From Amoebophrya sp. A120 (taxonomy: Eukaryota > Protista > Dinoflagellata): DNA of 64,000 nt. The notes beneath the pieces were generated by a model. That model saw only the letters and a program-made list of their open reading frames with translations, ran no database searches and was not told where the DNA came from. Location of the stretch: contig CAJINV010000003.1 of NCBI GenBank assembly GCA_905178155.1, forward strand, positions 1,080,968-1,144,967, given 5' to 3'. Each line of letters opens with the position of its first letter. The first letter of the stretch is position 1. This document shows, piece after piece, positions 10,642-23,582 of this stretch. Both the position numbers and the translations under genes were made by a program.

Positions 10642-12780
10642 TCATTGGTAACAGCACTCCGGCGACGATTTCGCATCCATCTGGTGTCGGTGCATGGCTC
10701 GCAAGCTCTTGAAGGTCCGCTTGCAACCCTCGCAAGTCGCGACCTCCTTTTGCGTGCGCTTCAAAGTCAACGATGGAGCTGTTTGGCACATCTCCTGCTT
10801 TTGGAAGCCCGACTCGGACAGCAACCGCTGAGGAACACCGGTAATATCGGCAGTACTTTTCATTGCAGTCGATCGTGGTGGAACAGAACCACTTGCTGGC
10901 TCGGATGTGAGCGTCGGGTGCGAAATAGTACCCCCGTGGTTCTCCGCCGCCTCCTCCGGCGAAGTCGACGATGTGTCGTGCACATTGCTTTCAGCTTGTC
11001 CCCGAGCCTTGTTGCAGAAGTTGCAGAACTCCGCGATCTGGCGGTCGGCCTCGTTCTCAAACGCGTTGGGATCACGATATCCCTTCTGGTCCCCGAAAAC
11101 ATCTGTGAAAAAGCGAGCCCAGCGGCAAAAGGCCGCGTCATTCATGAAAATGTCGGCAAATGTGCGTCCCTTGTGCATCCCGTAGTTGAAGAAGACAACC
11201 TGCTCAGACGACGTGGCCGTGGCGAACGGGCAGGCCTCATCGTCGACGACCGAAGGTTCTTGAGCTTGCTGTGCAAACAGCGAGGTGTCCTGCTTAGTCC
11301 CGGAACAAGCACAGGAAGCGCAGAAGTGCTGCGGCAAGCTCATTCCTTTTGCCGCCTCGACAGTTCTAGTGCAGCACGCAGGAGCAGCCAGCTCTGCAGA
11401 CGGAACTGATCGGCCGTGCAGTCCGAGGTCACGAGCGATCTGTGGCACCTGCATTCGTGTCCGTGGCTGGCGGGATCGGGCTGCTTGCTGATTCTGTCTC
11501 CTGTTTTTCCAGCCAAGTGCAACGGCATCCGCAGTTGTCCTTGTGGTCCTTGTCACCTGCTTTTCATTATTTGGCACAACCACAAGGACCGGCGCAACGA
11601 GAGACTCGAAGAGAGACGAGCTCTGAGAGATCGCTGAAGTATCATGTTCCTCCAACGCACAGGCGGTGAGCAAACGGCACAGCCCCTGGTCTTCGGCCTG
11701 CAGATGCGCTGGAACAGAGGTGAGAACACCTGCGGAAGCCGCTATCTTGATCAGGTCATCGACGGCCTTGGCACGCTGCGGCAAAAGCCGTCCGTGCTCT
11801 TTCAGGACCGGCATGTAGTCTTTTCTCCACCTCGCGGTCTCTTCGTAGTGTAAGTCCTTGAGCGCATCTGTTTCCTGCAGTCTCCGCAGAAGCTGCTCCT
11901 TCGTGAAGCCGGATGCTAGGCGACCGTACCATCGCAAAAGCGTCTGCAACGTGTTCTGGTTAAACTCCGCACCGGTCTTCCTCGCTGGCGGAAAAGGAAT
12001 CTTCGCCCTGGTGTACCGTAAACTGTGATGATACGTCTCCGCAAGCTTCAGCATCCGCAGCATACAGCCGCCTTTCGTGTGTCCTTTATCGATCGCGACC
12101 TGAATTGTAGTTTTTGGCTGGCTAGAATTATGGGTGTCTTCAAATCGGAGAGACTCCAGCGAAACGTCCGCACCTCGAATCAGCAGCTCGACTACTACAT
12201 CTACATGGCCGTTCCGGACGGCGGCAATCAACGGTGTGTCGTCTTCTACACTGGTGACATCGACATCGTCCTCGTAGCCCCCGGCTCTTTCTTCGAAATC
12301 CAGTCGGACACGGCGCGCATTCAGCTTTCTCAATCCGTTCTTCGCGTCCAAAATTTCTTTCACTTTGGACACATCTCCGTTCATTGCCGCCTTTACGATC
12401 GGCGGATGCGGTTTGTCTCTGCCGCCGAATTCCATTTCCACTGTCGACTGATACAGCATATCATCGTCCGACCTGGGATCGGTAGTGCCGCGTCGCTGTG
12501 TCAGGTGTCGCGTGCAGTAGCCATATTTCAGAATATTGTGTGAGCAGTCGTAATCCAGCTGATCGTCGTGGTCGGTGGTGGTGCCGCAGCGCTTGCCTTT
12601 CTCCGTCTTACCTCGGCACCGAAAGTGGAAACCAGTGCCGTCCAGGTCGGAGCCCGCATCATCACTTGACGACGTCGACGTCTGCATTTCGTCAGAGTGG
12701 TCAGAGTCATTGCCATTGAGCAACCTGTCAAGGGAATTTTCTTCCCGGTTGGCGAGCAAGGTGGAAACCACGAACGACAT
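10642..12780 (-). CDS. Ankyrin-repeat protein with N-terminal Cys/His knuckle and C-terminal C2H2-like zinc finger
   Basis: Ankyrin motifs PIVKAAMNGDVSKVKEIL and TPLIAAVRNGHVDVVVELLIRGAD; RCRGKTEKGKRC...GYCTRH; FNYGMHKGRTF; CEGCKRTFKSLRAMHRH. Confidence 0.8.
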   Translation of the reverse strand: MSFVVSTLLANREENSLDRLLNGNDSDHSDEMQTSTSSSDDAGSDLDGTGFHFRCRGKTEKGKRCGTTTDHDDQLDYDCSHNILKYGYCTRHLTQRRGTTDPRSDDDMLYQSTVEMEFGGRDKPHPPIVKAAMNGDVSKVKEILDAKNGLRKLNARRVRLDFEERAGGYEDDVDVTSVEDDTPLIAAVRNGHVDVVVELLIRGADVSLESLRFEDTHNSSQPKTTIQVAIDKGHTKGGCMLRMLKLAETYHHSLRYTRAKIPFPPARKTGAEFNQNTLQTLLRWYGRLASGFTKEQLLRRLQETDALKDLHYEETARWRKDYMPVLKEHGRLLPQRAKAVDDLIKIAASAGVLTSVPAHLQAEDQGLCRLLTACALEEHDTSAISQSSSLFESLVAPVLVVVPNNEKQVTRTTRTTADAVALGWKNRRQNQQAARSRQPRTRMQVPQIARDLGLHGRSVPSAELAAPACCTRTVEAAKGMSLPQHFCASCACSGTKQDTSLFAQQAQEPSVVDDEACPFATATSSEQVVFFNYGMHKGRTFADIFMNDAAFCRWARFFTDVFGDQKGYRDPNAFENEADRQIAEFCNFCNKARGQAESNVHDTSSTSPEEAAENHGGTISHPTLTSEPASGSVPPRSTAMKSTADITGVPQRLLSESGFQKQEMCQTAPSLTLKRTQKEVATCEGCKRTFKSLRAMHRHQMDAKSSPECCYQ

Positions 12781-13656
12781 GATGTTGCGAGAAAACTTAA
12801 CAATCACAATCAGTAAAGACTAAAGAGGTGGACTCTAATCTTGTATATCAGCGTTTCCTCGTACTCACAAAAACCTTCCCCGTAAAAAACGCCTTCAAGC
12901 ACCTTTAGCCAATGAGAGGAAAAGCCACTGCTACCTTCGCGTAGATGAAGCCGCTGATGCTATAATTTGTATTCGTGTCGACCCTTATGTGTGCTTTTTC
13001 CGACGGGCCCTATGCCTATCTGAATCGACAAGGCGACGAAAAACGAGTAATCCCATCACGAACGCGAACTTGCACTTGGCTCTCTCCATCTCGACTTTCG
13101 TCCGTGACAAAGACCACTCATGGACGATACTGAATACTGTACAGAGAACCAAGAAAGCTTTTGGCGTAGAAAACAAGCTCGTGCTAGCTTCGCCAGCAGA
13201 GGGCAACAGCTTGCAACATACTGCAGGTTCACAACCTGCACCTTCAAGCGGAAAGAGTGATACCAAACAACAAGCTCTCTCAAGGGCTGCGTGCTCCCTT
13301 GCGCGAATAAAAACGTTGTAAAGTAATCCTTTGTGCGCCCATCCGATCCGTGTGCCCCGTGCCAAAGAAACAGCACGTCCGCACGGTCCGGCGACGAATC
13401 GAAATTGAGTCAAGCAAGATGTCTGTTTCAAGGACGTTAATCGGTTTCAGTTCGTCACGGTTAATTAGATTCGACTAAGTACCATAAACCATTTGCAAAT
13501 ACAAGATCTTCAAACAGGGTCTTCGATGAGAAAGTCGTAAAAAAGTACAATCAGTACGAAAAGTTCGTCAATTTTTCATCTTCTGTCCCGCCCAACTACG
13601 ACCAGCAGGCAGCAGCACTGTCACAGTACTAAACTGCATCACTAGTTCTGCGATTA

Positions 13657-16600
13657 CTAGTACCCCATCGTCTTCGCCATCGCGCGGGCCATTTTCTGCA
13701 CCTCCATATCCGCCACCTTGGCTTGGTGGGACAACCGTGCCACGGAGTCCCGCTCCTCGGCGAGGCGTCGCTCGACGAACTTCCGCTTCGAGCGCTCCTT
13801 CTGCAAGGCCTCCTGGGCAAGCTTCAAGACACGCTCGTTCGCCTTCTGCTGGTGCTTCTTGTGCGCCGCCGCGGGGTCGAACACGGTGCTCGAACTGCTA
13901 CCGGGGAGAATGGAAGACGGCAGCATTGCGGATACGTTCGTTGACCAAGTGGAGGAACCGTGCATCACAGACTGGCTGTGCTCGAGCTCGACCTGATAGG
14001 TTGTTCATCGAGGGTCTTGCTGTTCTTTCAAGCATGTCAACCGAACAAAAGTCCTTCCTTTGCTCTCTTTGTGCTGAAACACGTGATGATGCTCTAAAGT
14101 ATCTACGAAACAAAACAAAAGCTGGCAAACGGCATATTTATTATACGTCCTTGTGCTGCAATTGGTTTTCCAGGTAGCGAATTCGGTTCTGCATACTGCG
14201 GATCCGCATTTTTTGCTCCGCGTGCTCCGCAAAAAGCTCCTTCCGGTCCGAAGAGGTGGCCTTGGCTTTGTAGAACTCCACGTCGAGCTGCAAGTGCCTG
14301 ATTTCCATCAGCAAGTCCTCTTTCGTGTAGTCCGCCATCGGGATGTGGAAGTAGTCCGACGGCTTCTTGTGGTTTACCTGCACGGCCAACGTTTTCACCG
14401 CCTGCACGGCGCCGTTGTTGATCGACGTGGGCTTCTGGGCGGAGTCGCTCGTGATGTTGATCTTCGAGCTGATGTGGTCGAAATTCTCGTGCAGCGCCTT
14501 CCTCGACTCTTCCCCGAACTGTAGGGAAATGTGCTCCTCGGTGTATGTGTTTGTGTTCAGGCGCTGCTTCGGGGAACGCTTCCCCGGATTGGCCTGCCGA
14601 TTCAGCTTGTCGTTGTTGCTGGAAAAGGTCTTGTACTCCAGCTTGCGCTGCTCCGCTAGCTGCGCGTGGAGCCAGGAGACCTCGTTCTTCAACTTGGTCA
14701 CCAGGTCCGTGTCGTTGTCCTCCCACTTCGGAAATTTGATCCCGTCAAAAAACGCCGACCCGGTGTGTGCCTGGATGCTGGGCAGCTTCACCTTGGGACT
14801 CGGGGCAAAGGTACCCTGGCCGTCCCCGCCCATCTGGTCCGCGAGCCAGGAACGGACGACCAGAAACTTGCAGGCTGTGATTAATGGTATAGGATTTTGG
14901 TGAGCCACGTACGCTTACGCAACCTTGCGCTCGTTTTTACGTTGGGGATGGTTATATAATTCATTGTCATTCTCAACGAGGACTTCCAAACATCGCATAA
15001 ACAAGCACCAGCAGTAGTCAGCCGTTAGGAAGACGAGTATGAATCTTTCTATCACCAGGAAAAAATACCTTCTATGAAGTCCTCCAAGGACAGGTTCTTT
15101 GCGGGCGGGAAGATGTTCTTGAAGTGGTGAATGACCGGCTTGATATCCAACTGCGTTCCCCCGTCGCCAGGCAAATAGGCACACAGGTTTTTCACAATCT
15201 CTTGGAGAACAAACACGGGTAAAATACCTGTATTAACTAAGCCATTGTTCGACCGCAAGATGTAGTACATGATGAAGAAGGTTCTTGGCTACCACAGTGA
15301 AGTTGTTGTAGTACCTACTTCCATTGATTTGGCCAAGCGCATAGTGGTACAGTGGAATTTGCTTCTGCCTAAAATTCCAGTACTCACAGCAGCATTCTTT
15401 CGGTTTCAGGCACCCCTCAAAAAAAGTAAGTACCGTCCCCCTCGGTGTCCATATCCATGAACGCCTTTTCCACCTTCTGCGCGAAATCGTCACCGTAGAG
15501 CGTGTAGTCCAGCCAGATCGGAATGCCGTTCCCTATCTTCTCCCGAAACTTGTAGATGTTCTTCACATCCTCTTCGAGCCAGAGGAACATTGCTGTTTTT
15601 TAGTCGTGAATGAGTCTGGTTCCGTGCGCGCACGAGTTTTAAACTCGAGTACAACTTGTTCCTACCCTCATGCATAGTACACAGCGAAGAGCATCGTTGT
15701 ACTAGGTCTAGATTGTATCACCTCATGATAATGCAAGCGAAGAAGGGTCGTCCTCGCGGCGGCGGCCACGAACAATTAAAACGTAACCGGAAAAAGTAGG
15801 CAGCATTCATATGTACTTATCGCTTCCCGCTTGTCTAGCACCGAGGGAATTCGTCGTGGGGACAAGGTGCGCGAAGTTCCTCGTAGGTTGCCCTTCATGG
15901 TGGTGAACCGACTGTCGGGTCGAAGTTTTGGATAGCTAATCTTCGCGTCGGTGTCAACCTTTGGCCGCGGGAGGGGCATCGGCCCCGTCCGAAACGGCAC
16001 CAGCTTCTGTGGCGAGGCATTACTTGGGCCTTTCCGGGTGGTGACTGAGAAGATTTTGAAATCACTTCATAGTAGCTTCTGCTGCTGCACGCGAATAGGT
16101 AATGTTCCCACATGTTGCAAGTTGTAGCATCAATCTGAACGACAGAATGACTATATTCACATGCACTTTACCTTTCGGTTTTGGCGGCGTGTAAACTTCC
16201 TTCTTTGCTGGTTTTGCGGGTCGGGGCGCTGTCGACCCACTCGAGCCTCCTCCTTGCGCTACTGGTTTTGACGACGTTTTTTTCCGCGCATGCACTCCCG
16301 CCATCTTGCTTCCCCCAGAACCTGAAGACGGACGTAGACGTAGACGTAGAGGTCGTTGGATATGAAATGTAAAGAACATGTTGCTTTTCTTCAGCAGTAC
16401 AGGGCGAAATGCAGCCCAGAGTCTCCTATGCACGCGAAGAGGTGGAAAAACTCGTAAAAATAAATTCATTTCAAAAATACTGGCTTTTCCTGACGACTCG
16501 GTAGTCGCGAGCAGCGATCCCACTGCAGAGGACACCAGATGGTTGGCCTCGCTCTCGGCTACTTCTTCCCGGGCAACCTCCGAGTTTTTAGAGGATTGGA

Positions 16601-17362
16601 TCTGCTGCACCTCCACATCCGATCCACTCGGAATCATCTGCGGCCCACTCCCGATCTCGTCCGGCGGCGGGGCCTGCGATTTGCATGTGCACTCAGTATT
16701 ATACTGGCATGTTTCTTGCTTGTAAAACTTCTTGCAGAATATCTCACAACTTCGACACAAAAGGAAGCTGGCTTAGAAGATTGCGTTAGATGAAAATTAA
16801 GTACGCTAGAGGCAGCTCCCGCGGCCGCAGCCTCCTCCGCGGGGGGTGGTTCGGCTTCAGATGCTGTTGCCTCTGCGGTTGCGGCGTGCATTCCCTCAGT
16901 CACGATGGCTTGCAGGTGCCGTCGGAAAGCAATGTACTTCCCAAACGTCGTGAACTCCTCCGCGCTCATCCCGTTTTTGAAGGTGCTGAGTGTGTACTTT
17001 CGAAATTCGCTCTCGGTGTCTTCTTCCACGGTTTTATTTGCAGGGAAGGAGCTGGTGCTCGAGGAACTACTACTGGAACTTCTCGATCCAGCCACGACAC
17101 ACGCTGCAGGTATCGCCTCTGCGACGAGGCCGCCGATCTTCCCGACCAGGTTGTCCTGGACCTGGTCGAAGGAAAGCGCGTCGCTTCCCTCGGGATCTGC
17201 ATCTTGGTACTCCTGCTCGAGGGAGTATTCAAAGTCTGCACCTAGCACCTCCTCAAACCAGTCGAGGGACACGCCTCCGGACCGAAACTCGTCGAGGGTA
17301 CTACCTGTCTTTTTCAGCAAGGCAGCCGCTTCGGAAGCTGACGCCGGCCCTCCGGCGGCCAT
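13657..17362 (-). CDS. Multi-exon hypothetical protein with EF-hand-like segments and a C-terminal coiled coil (may be more than one gene)
   Basis: Coding-like ORF pieces separated by AT-rich gaps, several with in-frame GT-AG boundaries. EF-hand-like DADPEGSDALSFDQ and FMDMDTEG. Coiled coil in 13657..14908. Confidence 0.5.
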
Positions 17363-18406
17363 GATGGATGCAGATATAGGTGGAGCTGCGCACTGTTCGT
17401 CGTTTTGCTCGAGCGGACGGGACGATTTAAGTTCTTAGCAGGCACGTTAAAGGAGGGGCAGCAATGTTGAGCCTAAGCCTATGGACTACAAGTACAACAC
17501 TACATCACACAACTAGTTCGTATAAGATAATTGACGACAACATCATCGTCGCCAAAGTTCTTGCGCTCGTGGTTAACATCCTCTCGACTTCGAACAATCG
17601 CAATAGGATCTTGCTGTGCTGCTCTCCTCGAAAACTGGTACACAAAAATCGTCACTCAGTCCTTCATTCTCTCCAGCGAAGTAGCTGCGAGCTCTGGATC
17701 CGCCACGAGGAAGTTCATGAGGTTGATATTATCATTAGGAGATACGTAAAAAACGAAAAGGACCAAACGCTCGTTGAGTGCTACGGAACCTCGACAGATC
17801 GATGAACGAGGTAAAGTAATCCGTACGGGAGAAAATAAACTCCAACACGACAAATTCAATGCTGTCCGGCAGGGCTAAGTACATAGAAAATACGCGGGAA
17901 CCTTAACAAACCTTTCTACTCCGTGCATCACAAAGAAAACCGCGATAACGAATGTGGGAAACCGAAACGGTCTAGAAACCAAAACCTGCCCTGTCACACA
18001 CGCCTCCAAGTTTGCATTCTCATCAACTCTCTGCGAAGTAGAATCGTGGCTTCTTCATGCTTTGCAGACCAGTGGTCATACTTTTTTCATTACGACACAG
18101 CGCCAACACACGAGTTTCGACGAACAATTATCTAGTACACGATTTGAAACGGCTTCAGAGGAGAACAAGGTGAGGAGAAGCCTCGTTGGATTCCTCGGGC
18201 ATCTTCGGATGTTGGGATGACCTTTTTCAATCCGATGCTGATATCGTATGTGTTTTGTTGTACCAGCATGTCGTCTTGTTAGTCCATAGGGGCGATTCCA
18301 ATTTATAGACCTGGATCTGCTCTGGACCGTGTCGCTTTGTTGAGAATAATAAAATCTGATTCGTCTTTCTGCTCTACTTTCATTTCACAGAGCGTTGCTC
18401 TGGCTC

Positions 18407-20246
18407 TCAAATCTTTGCTTTTTCAGCCGTGATTGTCTGGACTAAGTTAGTGAGCACTTCGGTGCTCGGTACCTCAGGGAGCTCTCGCAACAATCTTTGC
18501 CGCCTGTCCGGGTCCGACTTCGTATCCAGGATTTTCAGCACCTTATCGTACAGTTCTACTCGCGCTTTCTTTTCCACAGCTGGCAGTCGGGCCATGGCCA
18601 GGTAGCTGAGCGCGACGCAACCATGGTCCGGACCGTAGAGACGCATGTAGATCTCCAAACTGCGCTGGTACGCATCCCGTGCCTGGTCTGGGTCTCCCTT
18701 TGCCCGATACGCCCTGTGATTAGTTGTATGTTGCAGATACAAAAAGTTGTACTAGACGCCTTACCACGATTGTTCACCAGTTATATCTTTTGAACTCTAT
18801 CTGTTCAAACCATGCACCATAACCATGTTGTTTTCAAGTAAGCAGTTGCTGATGCTGATCACAAACCGAATCCTCGAGAAAACAAAAACATTTCCTTATT
18901 CGTTTGTACTGGCCAAGATTCTGGAGTATCTGGGCACACAAGCTGGTCGTCAAGTTTTGCTCGTCCCCTTTGGTTGTTTCGTTGAGCGCGTTTCGCATCG
19001 AAGTTATCGCCGAGTCCACGTCCCCGCTCTGCTTGCAAGCGAGTCCGAGGTTGGAGTAGATATTCGCCAGGTCGTCCCGGTACTTCTGGGTTTCCTCCTT
19101 GAGGCGCAACTTGAGGGCGAGTTGGGCCTGGAAAACGTCGCGCGCCTCCTTCGGCCGGCGGAGCCGCATAAAGCACTTGGCCATCCACTCGTGGGCCTCC
19201 AAATCCGCGGTTACGTCCACGACATCAAACTCGCGCAGGTTCTTGTTCCCCATCGCATGATCACCAGCCTGGCTCGTTCCGCTCGGTTCCTTATTTTCCT
19301 CGCCTTCCTCACTCGTGACCTCAAATACATCTCGCTTCGTTGGCGTTTCGGCGGTGCACGTAGCACCTCCTGCGGGACTGCTCTCATCCGGCTGATCTAC
19401 TAGGTCGGCAACTGCTGATGATGAGGTCGCGGCACGACCCGTGGTACTACTTGTTGATTTTATTTCCGGCGATTGTTCTTGTGTGGGCGCAATTATGGGT
19501 TTGTTGTTCTCGAGCAAGACTGCCTCAAACTTGGAGATGGCGCCCATAACATCCCCCTTTTGGTACAGTGCTTTTCCTTCGTCGAGGTGGCGTCGCTTGG
19601 CGGCGTTGTGCGGATTTTGCTCCGCAAGTTTCACTGCCGTGTCGCTCTTGATCGTTTTCTTCATTTGCTTCTGGATTTCGTGTTCCGCCTTTTTCCGCCA
19701 GTCTCGAAGGACCTTGTCGAGTTCTTGTTTTGTTGTATCGGCGGGTTTACTATTTTTGCCCTCAACATCAGCCACCAGCGCCTGGAATCCTTTATCACTT
19801 AGCTCGAGACACTTTTGCCACTCTTGCAAGGCGAAGTGGGCCCGGAGCGCGTTGTGGTATCCTTTCGCGTTGAAAGCATCTTTTTGCACCGCGAGCGCGC
19901 CGTCGGCCGCGGCCTTACGATACTCTTCCCGCGCGTTGAAGCACATCGCGCGGTTGCTGTACAGCTTCGAGTTCTCGGAGCCGCCCGGCATTTCTATGGC
20001 TTTCGTAAAGTGGTCAATCGCCTTCTCGAAGCGCTTCCGCTTGTAAAAAAAGTTGCCTGCAAGCCGCTGGCTTTCCGCGTCAGAGCCACCACTTTCGTCA
20101 CTCGACCAGTAGTCTTTTTCCTCGCGCCGTTTTGCTTGTTTACGCGTTCTTTCGCCATCTGCCTCGTCTGTCGCCCCAGTCGCACTGGCACTCACGGGGA
20201 GCTGCACGACTTGCGCACCCGAAGGAGCTTGCTCTGGAGCCGTCAT
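18407..20246 (-). CDS. Tetratricopeptide repeat protein
   Basis: GNFFYKRKRFEKAIDHFTKAI, LYSNRAMCF and IYSNLGLACKQSGDVDSAI. Canonical GT-AG intron 18714..18909 joins NLGQ-AYRAKGD. Confidence 0.85.
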
Positions 20247-20693
20247 GATAGTTGTTGTCGTTTGGAGAAATTATGTTGCCACTAGTAGTCGTGGTTTCTG
20301 CTGCAATTGTCTCGCCAAATCTAGGTACTACTTCTCAATGTGCCCATTTGTACTCAAGCGATACTTCTACGGAGGGGGGTACTTCGTGGCGATTCATGAA
20401 AGTATCTGAGACTCAAAAACCACAAACACCGTACTGACAGACCTGTTCCCGTGCAATCAATCTTCAAGTTGCGCCACCGTGATTACCGTCTGTCAACAAG
20501 ATGATGAAGAACAAGAAGTGCAAAGCATCAGCGTTCTAACTAAGATCTATCAGAAAAAAAAGTGGGCTTACGTGCGATTTCAAGCACGAAGTATCCACGG
20601 AAGTTTGATTTTTGCCTCAATTCTGTTGAAGTTGAAGAAAGGATCGCGTTCGAGGACAAGGCGGACGATTAATTTGTCTTGCTGGTCCTACAA

Positions 20694-23063
20694 TCAAACT
20701 TCTCGTGATGAACTTGTTGTTAATACTTCTTCTTTTTTGTTCAATTTTCGGAGGCGTTGAATCACCTGGTCGCGATTTGCCAGCAGATCGTCTTCCGTCA
20801 GCATTTGGCCCCGCTTCATCAGTTCCGCCGCTGCCAATGTAATGGGCTCCTGGATGCCCATCGAAGCAACCGCTTGCACCTTGCCGTCGACGCAAAAATA
20901 GGCCGCGAAAAACATGGAGTTTAGGTCGCCGCGAATCAAGATTCTCTTTCGACAAGGCGAGGAAGCAGCTGTTGTTCGTGCTGTGGTTGATCCCGAAGCA
21001 GGTTGCTGCGACAGATGAACTACTTCAACGTCAGGCCCGGCCCAGTTTATGTGACTGTGTACTTGCTGTGACGATGCTGTACTGCTTGATGTAGTTCCCT
21101 TGCTGGCCTGGCTGCTGGCACTCGTACTTGAGCCAGGTGCTGTGCAATAACCAGCGTACTTGATCGTTTTGCCACACACAACCGTCCAGAAGAAAGGAAC
21201 CAGCTCGCCCTGCTCCAGAGCTTGCAGGTCCAGCATGGCGCGCGCCGCGAGGCGACCGTGCGTCTGCGCCAAGCCCCAATGCTCGATGCGCCGGCGCGCG
21301 GACCCGTCACCTGTGAGAACCGTAGCCACATCGCCCGCGGCGAACAAATCATCCGCAGAGGTGCGAAGAAAAGAATCCGTCAAAATGCTACCGTCCGAGC
21401 ACTTTTCGATCTCTTCGCCGGAAACCATTTCCCCGTTTGGAACGATGCCCGTCGCCGCGATCACCAAATCACACGAAAGCGGGTAAGACGATGCTGTGGC
21501 CTCGCTGGCAGCGGTAGGAGTCACGGTCACGGTCGTTTTCTTCGTTGTACTCGCGCCAGCACGTCCAGCACTCGCTACTACGTTGTTGGCACCATCTCCG
21601 AAAACTTTTGCTTTGGGAACAAACTTGATGTCCTTAGTTTGCAACAGCGCCAAAATTCGTGCGCCAATGGCTTTGCCGAGGAGTCGTTGAAATGGAAACT
21701 CGTCGGGGCTCACGACCGTTACGTCACAGCCTTTGCGCTTTAATGCGCTGGCGCACTCGACACCAATGAAGCCCCCGCCGGCGATCACCACCTGCTCCTG
21801 CTGATTCGTCCGTTCTGCAATTGCAGCTGCGTCTGCCGCCGTCCGCAGAGGCAAGGCGCCCGGCACGGTTACACGCGGTCGCCCGCCCGTGCAAACCAGG
21901 CACTTGTCATACGGAAGTACGATTTGGTCCTGATCTGTTTCAGCAGCACCGCTGCTGCTGCCGCTCGTGGAGACCCCAACCTCCAGAGTGGTTTTAGACT
22001 TCACCAGCGTCACTTGTTTCGCCTTCGGGTCCAATTTCGTGACTGTGCAGCCCAAACGCAAATCCACGCCGAGTTCCTCGGAGTAGAAAGAGCGGTCCCG
22101 CAGCAGGAGTTCCCGTTTCCGGCGGAGCATGTTTTTGCTCAGCACCGGCCGGTCAATCGGCGTGTTCGGCTCTTCGGAGACCAGCACGATCTCGCCCTGA
22201 AACCCACTCGCGCGCAGCTCCTCGATGCAGGAGGCGGCCGCGGCGCCGCCGCCGACCAGGAGGAAGCGCCGAGGATCTTTCGTGAAGTCCAAAACCGCCC
22301 GTTTCGGCAGCACGAAGTCCGGCTCGTGGTTGGTGGGAATGTCCACGTACACCGCCTCTTCGACGAGCTTCACCTTGTAGACCGGAATCGCGTCCAGGAC
22401 CGGGCCCCGGACCGGGCGCCCGGTGCGCAGATCGAAGGCCGCGTCGTGCCAGGGACACGTGATCGTGTGCTTATCCACCACGCCGTGGTACAGCGGCGCG
22501 CTGTAGTGCGAGCACGAGGCCCCGACGCAGTAGATGCGGCCCTCCGTGCGCGCGAGCGACACGACGGTCGGCTCATAGTTGGTTTGCGGAAACTCCACCC
22601 GGTGGACCGTGCCGTCCTGGAACTCGGCGACTTGTCCCGCAAACTTCCACTCGCACAAAACCGGCGGACGTGGACGGTGGCTGGTTTTGGTGGAAAAAAA
22701 AGGGAACAACCTTGGTCCCCTCGTCGTTGATGTGGGATCATGACTGCTGCAGCTGCTCTTGGTGCAGCTGTGTACGAATCCACTGTAGCTATTCGTCGTG
22801 CCGTCGTGAAGTTGTTGTGATTGTCCCCGTGGTAATGATCTTCTTGGAGTAAACCAAAAGCCTGCATTGCGATGTGTCCACGTCCGACCTGCCGAAGGTC
22901 CTCGTGATACTGATTCATCTTCTACTGCGTGTTCGTTTTTCTTTTCCCTCGTTCTGTTCTGCCCCTGGCAACTGCTCGCATACACAGACACAGATGTGCC
23001 TGCTGCACCCGTGAGCTGCACTGCTCTGCAACCGCGTGCATAGTACGAATGCGTCCATGCCAT
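20694..23063 (-). CDS. Rieske domain + FAD/NAD pyridine nucleotide-disulfide oxidoreductase (AIFM3-like); start uncertain
   Basis: Rieske CSHYSAPL...CPWHDAAFDLRTG; GGGAAA and GGGFIG dinucleotide motifs; FAAGDVA; RIEHW; VPFFWT. Confidence 0.88.
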   Translation of the reverse strand: MAWTHSYYARGCRAVQLTGAAGTSVSVYASSCQGQNRTREKKNEHAVEDESVSRGPSAGRTWTHRNAGFWFTPRRSLPRGQSQQLHDGTTNSYSGFVHSCTKSSCSSHDPTSTTRGPRLFPFFSTKTSHRPRPPVLCEWKFAGQVAEFQDGTVHRVEFPQTNYEPTVVSLARTEGRIYCVGASCSHYSAPLYHGVVDKHTITCPWHDAAFDLRTGRPVRGPVLDAIPVYKVKLVEEAVYVDIPTNHEPDFVLPKRAVLDFTKDPRRFLLVGGGAAAASCIEELRASGFQGEIVLVSEEPNTPIDRPVLSKNMLRRKRELLLRDRSFYSEELGVDLRLGCTVTKLDPKAKQVTLVKSKTTLEVGVSTSGSSSGAAETDQDQIVLPYDKCLVCTGGRPRVTVPGALPLRTAADAAAIAERTNQQEQVVIAGGGFIGVECASALKRKGCDVTVVSPDEFPFQRLLGKAIGARILALLQTKDIKFVPKAKVFGDGANNVVASAGRAGASTTKKTTVTVTPTAASEATASSYPLSCDLVIAATGIVPNGEMVSGEEIEKCSDGSILTDSFLRTSADDLFAAGDVATVLTGDGSARRRIEHWGLAQTHGRLAARAMLDLQALEQGELVPFFWTVVCGKTIKYAGYCTAPGSSTSASSQASKGTTSSSTASSQQVHSHINWAGPDVEVVHLSQQPASGSTTARTTAASSPCRKRILIRGDLNSMFFAAYFCVDGKVQAVASMGIQEPITLAAAELMKRGQMLTEDDLLANRDQVIQRLRKLNKKEEVLTTSSSREV

Positions 23064-23582
23064 CACAACTTTGAAGGAAAAAACGCGAAACCGATCCAAG
23101 AAGGCAGCCGTCTCCTGCAGTCCTCATTTACTGCACCTGTTGCGCTTGTGCGTAGTACGCGCAAATGTTTTTCTTGCGCTGAAATAGTTTCGGGTTATCT
23201 TGATCTTTCCTCAAAAAAACTCTCTCTCTGAAGAACACGACGGATCGAACTCCCGTTGAAAAGGAGAATATGCTCCGTCCTGTCGGAATAAACCAAGTTG
23301 ATATTAGACTCTTCTTTCAAAATTTCTATTTCGCACGGGAAACAGTCACACTTGTTCTTACCCTTACGGGAGATGAAAACCTTGATTTTGTTGCGCTCTT
23401 GGAATACATTATTAGGGGAGATACTTACTGTTATAGTCTGAATCTATTGTCCAGGGAACAAAAAAGCTACTCTACTACACGAGTATCAAAGGATGAAGAA
23501 GGGTGGACAACTCTATTGGAGAAAAAAATATCAGGTGAAGGGTAGTTGTAGAAGCAGAAAAGTAAAGACATTGCCTGTCCTT

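Noticed and set aside
16680-16760. Defensin-like six-Cys pattern CRSCEIFC...C...CTC
   Set aside because: It lies within a probable GT-AG intron (AGC|GTACTT...TCGCAG|GCC) that joins the flanking exons in frame.
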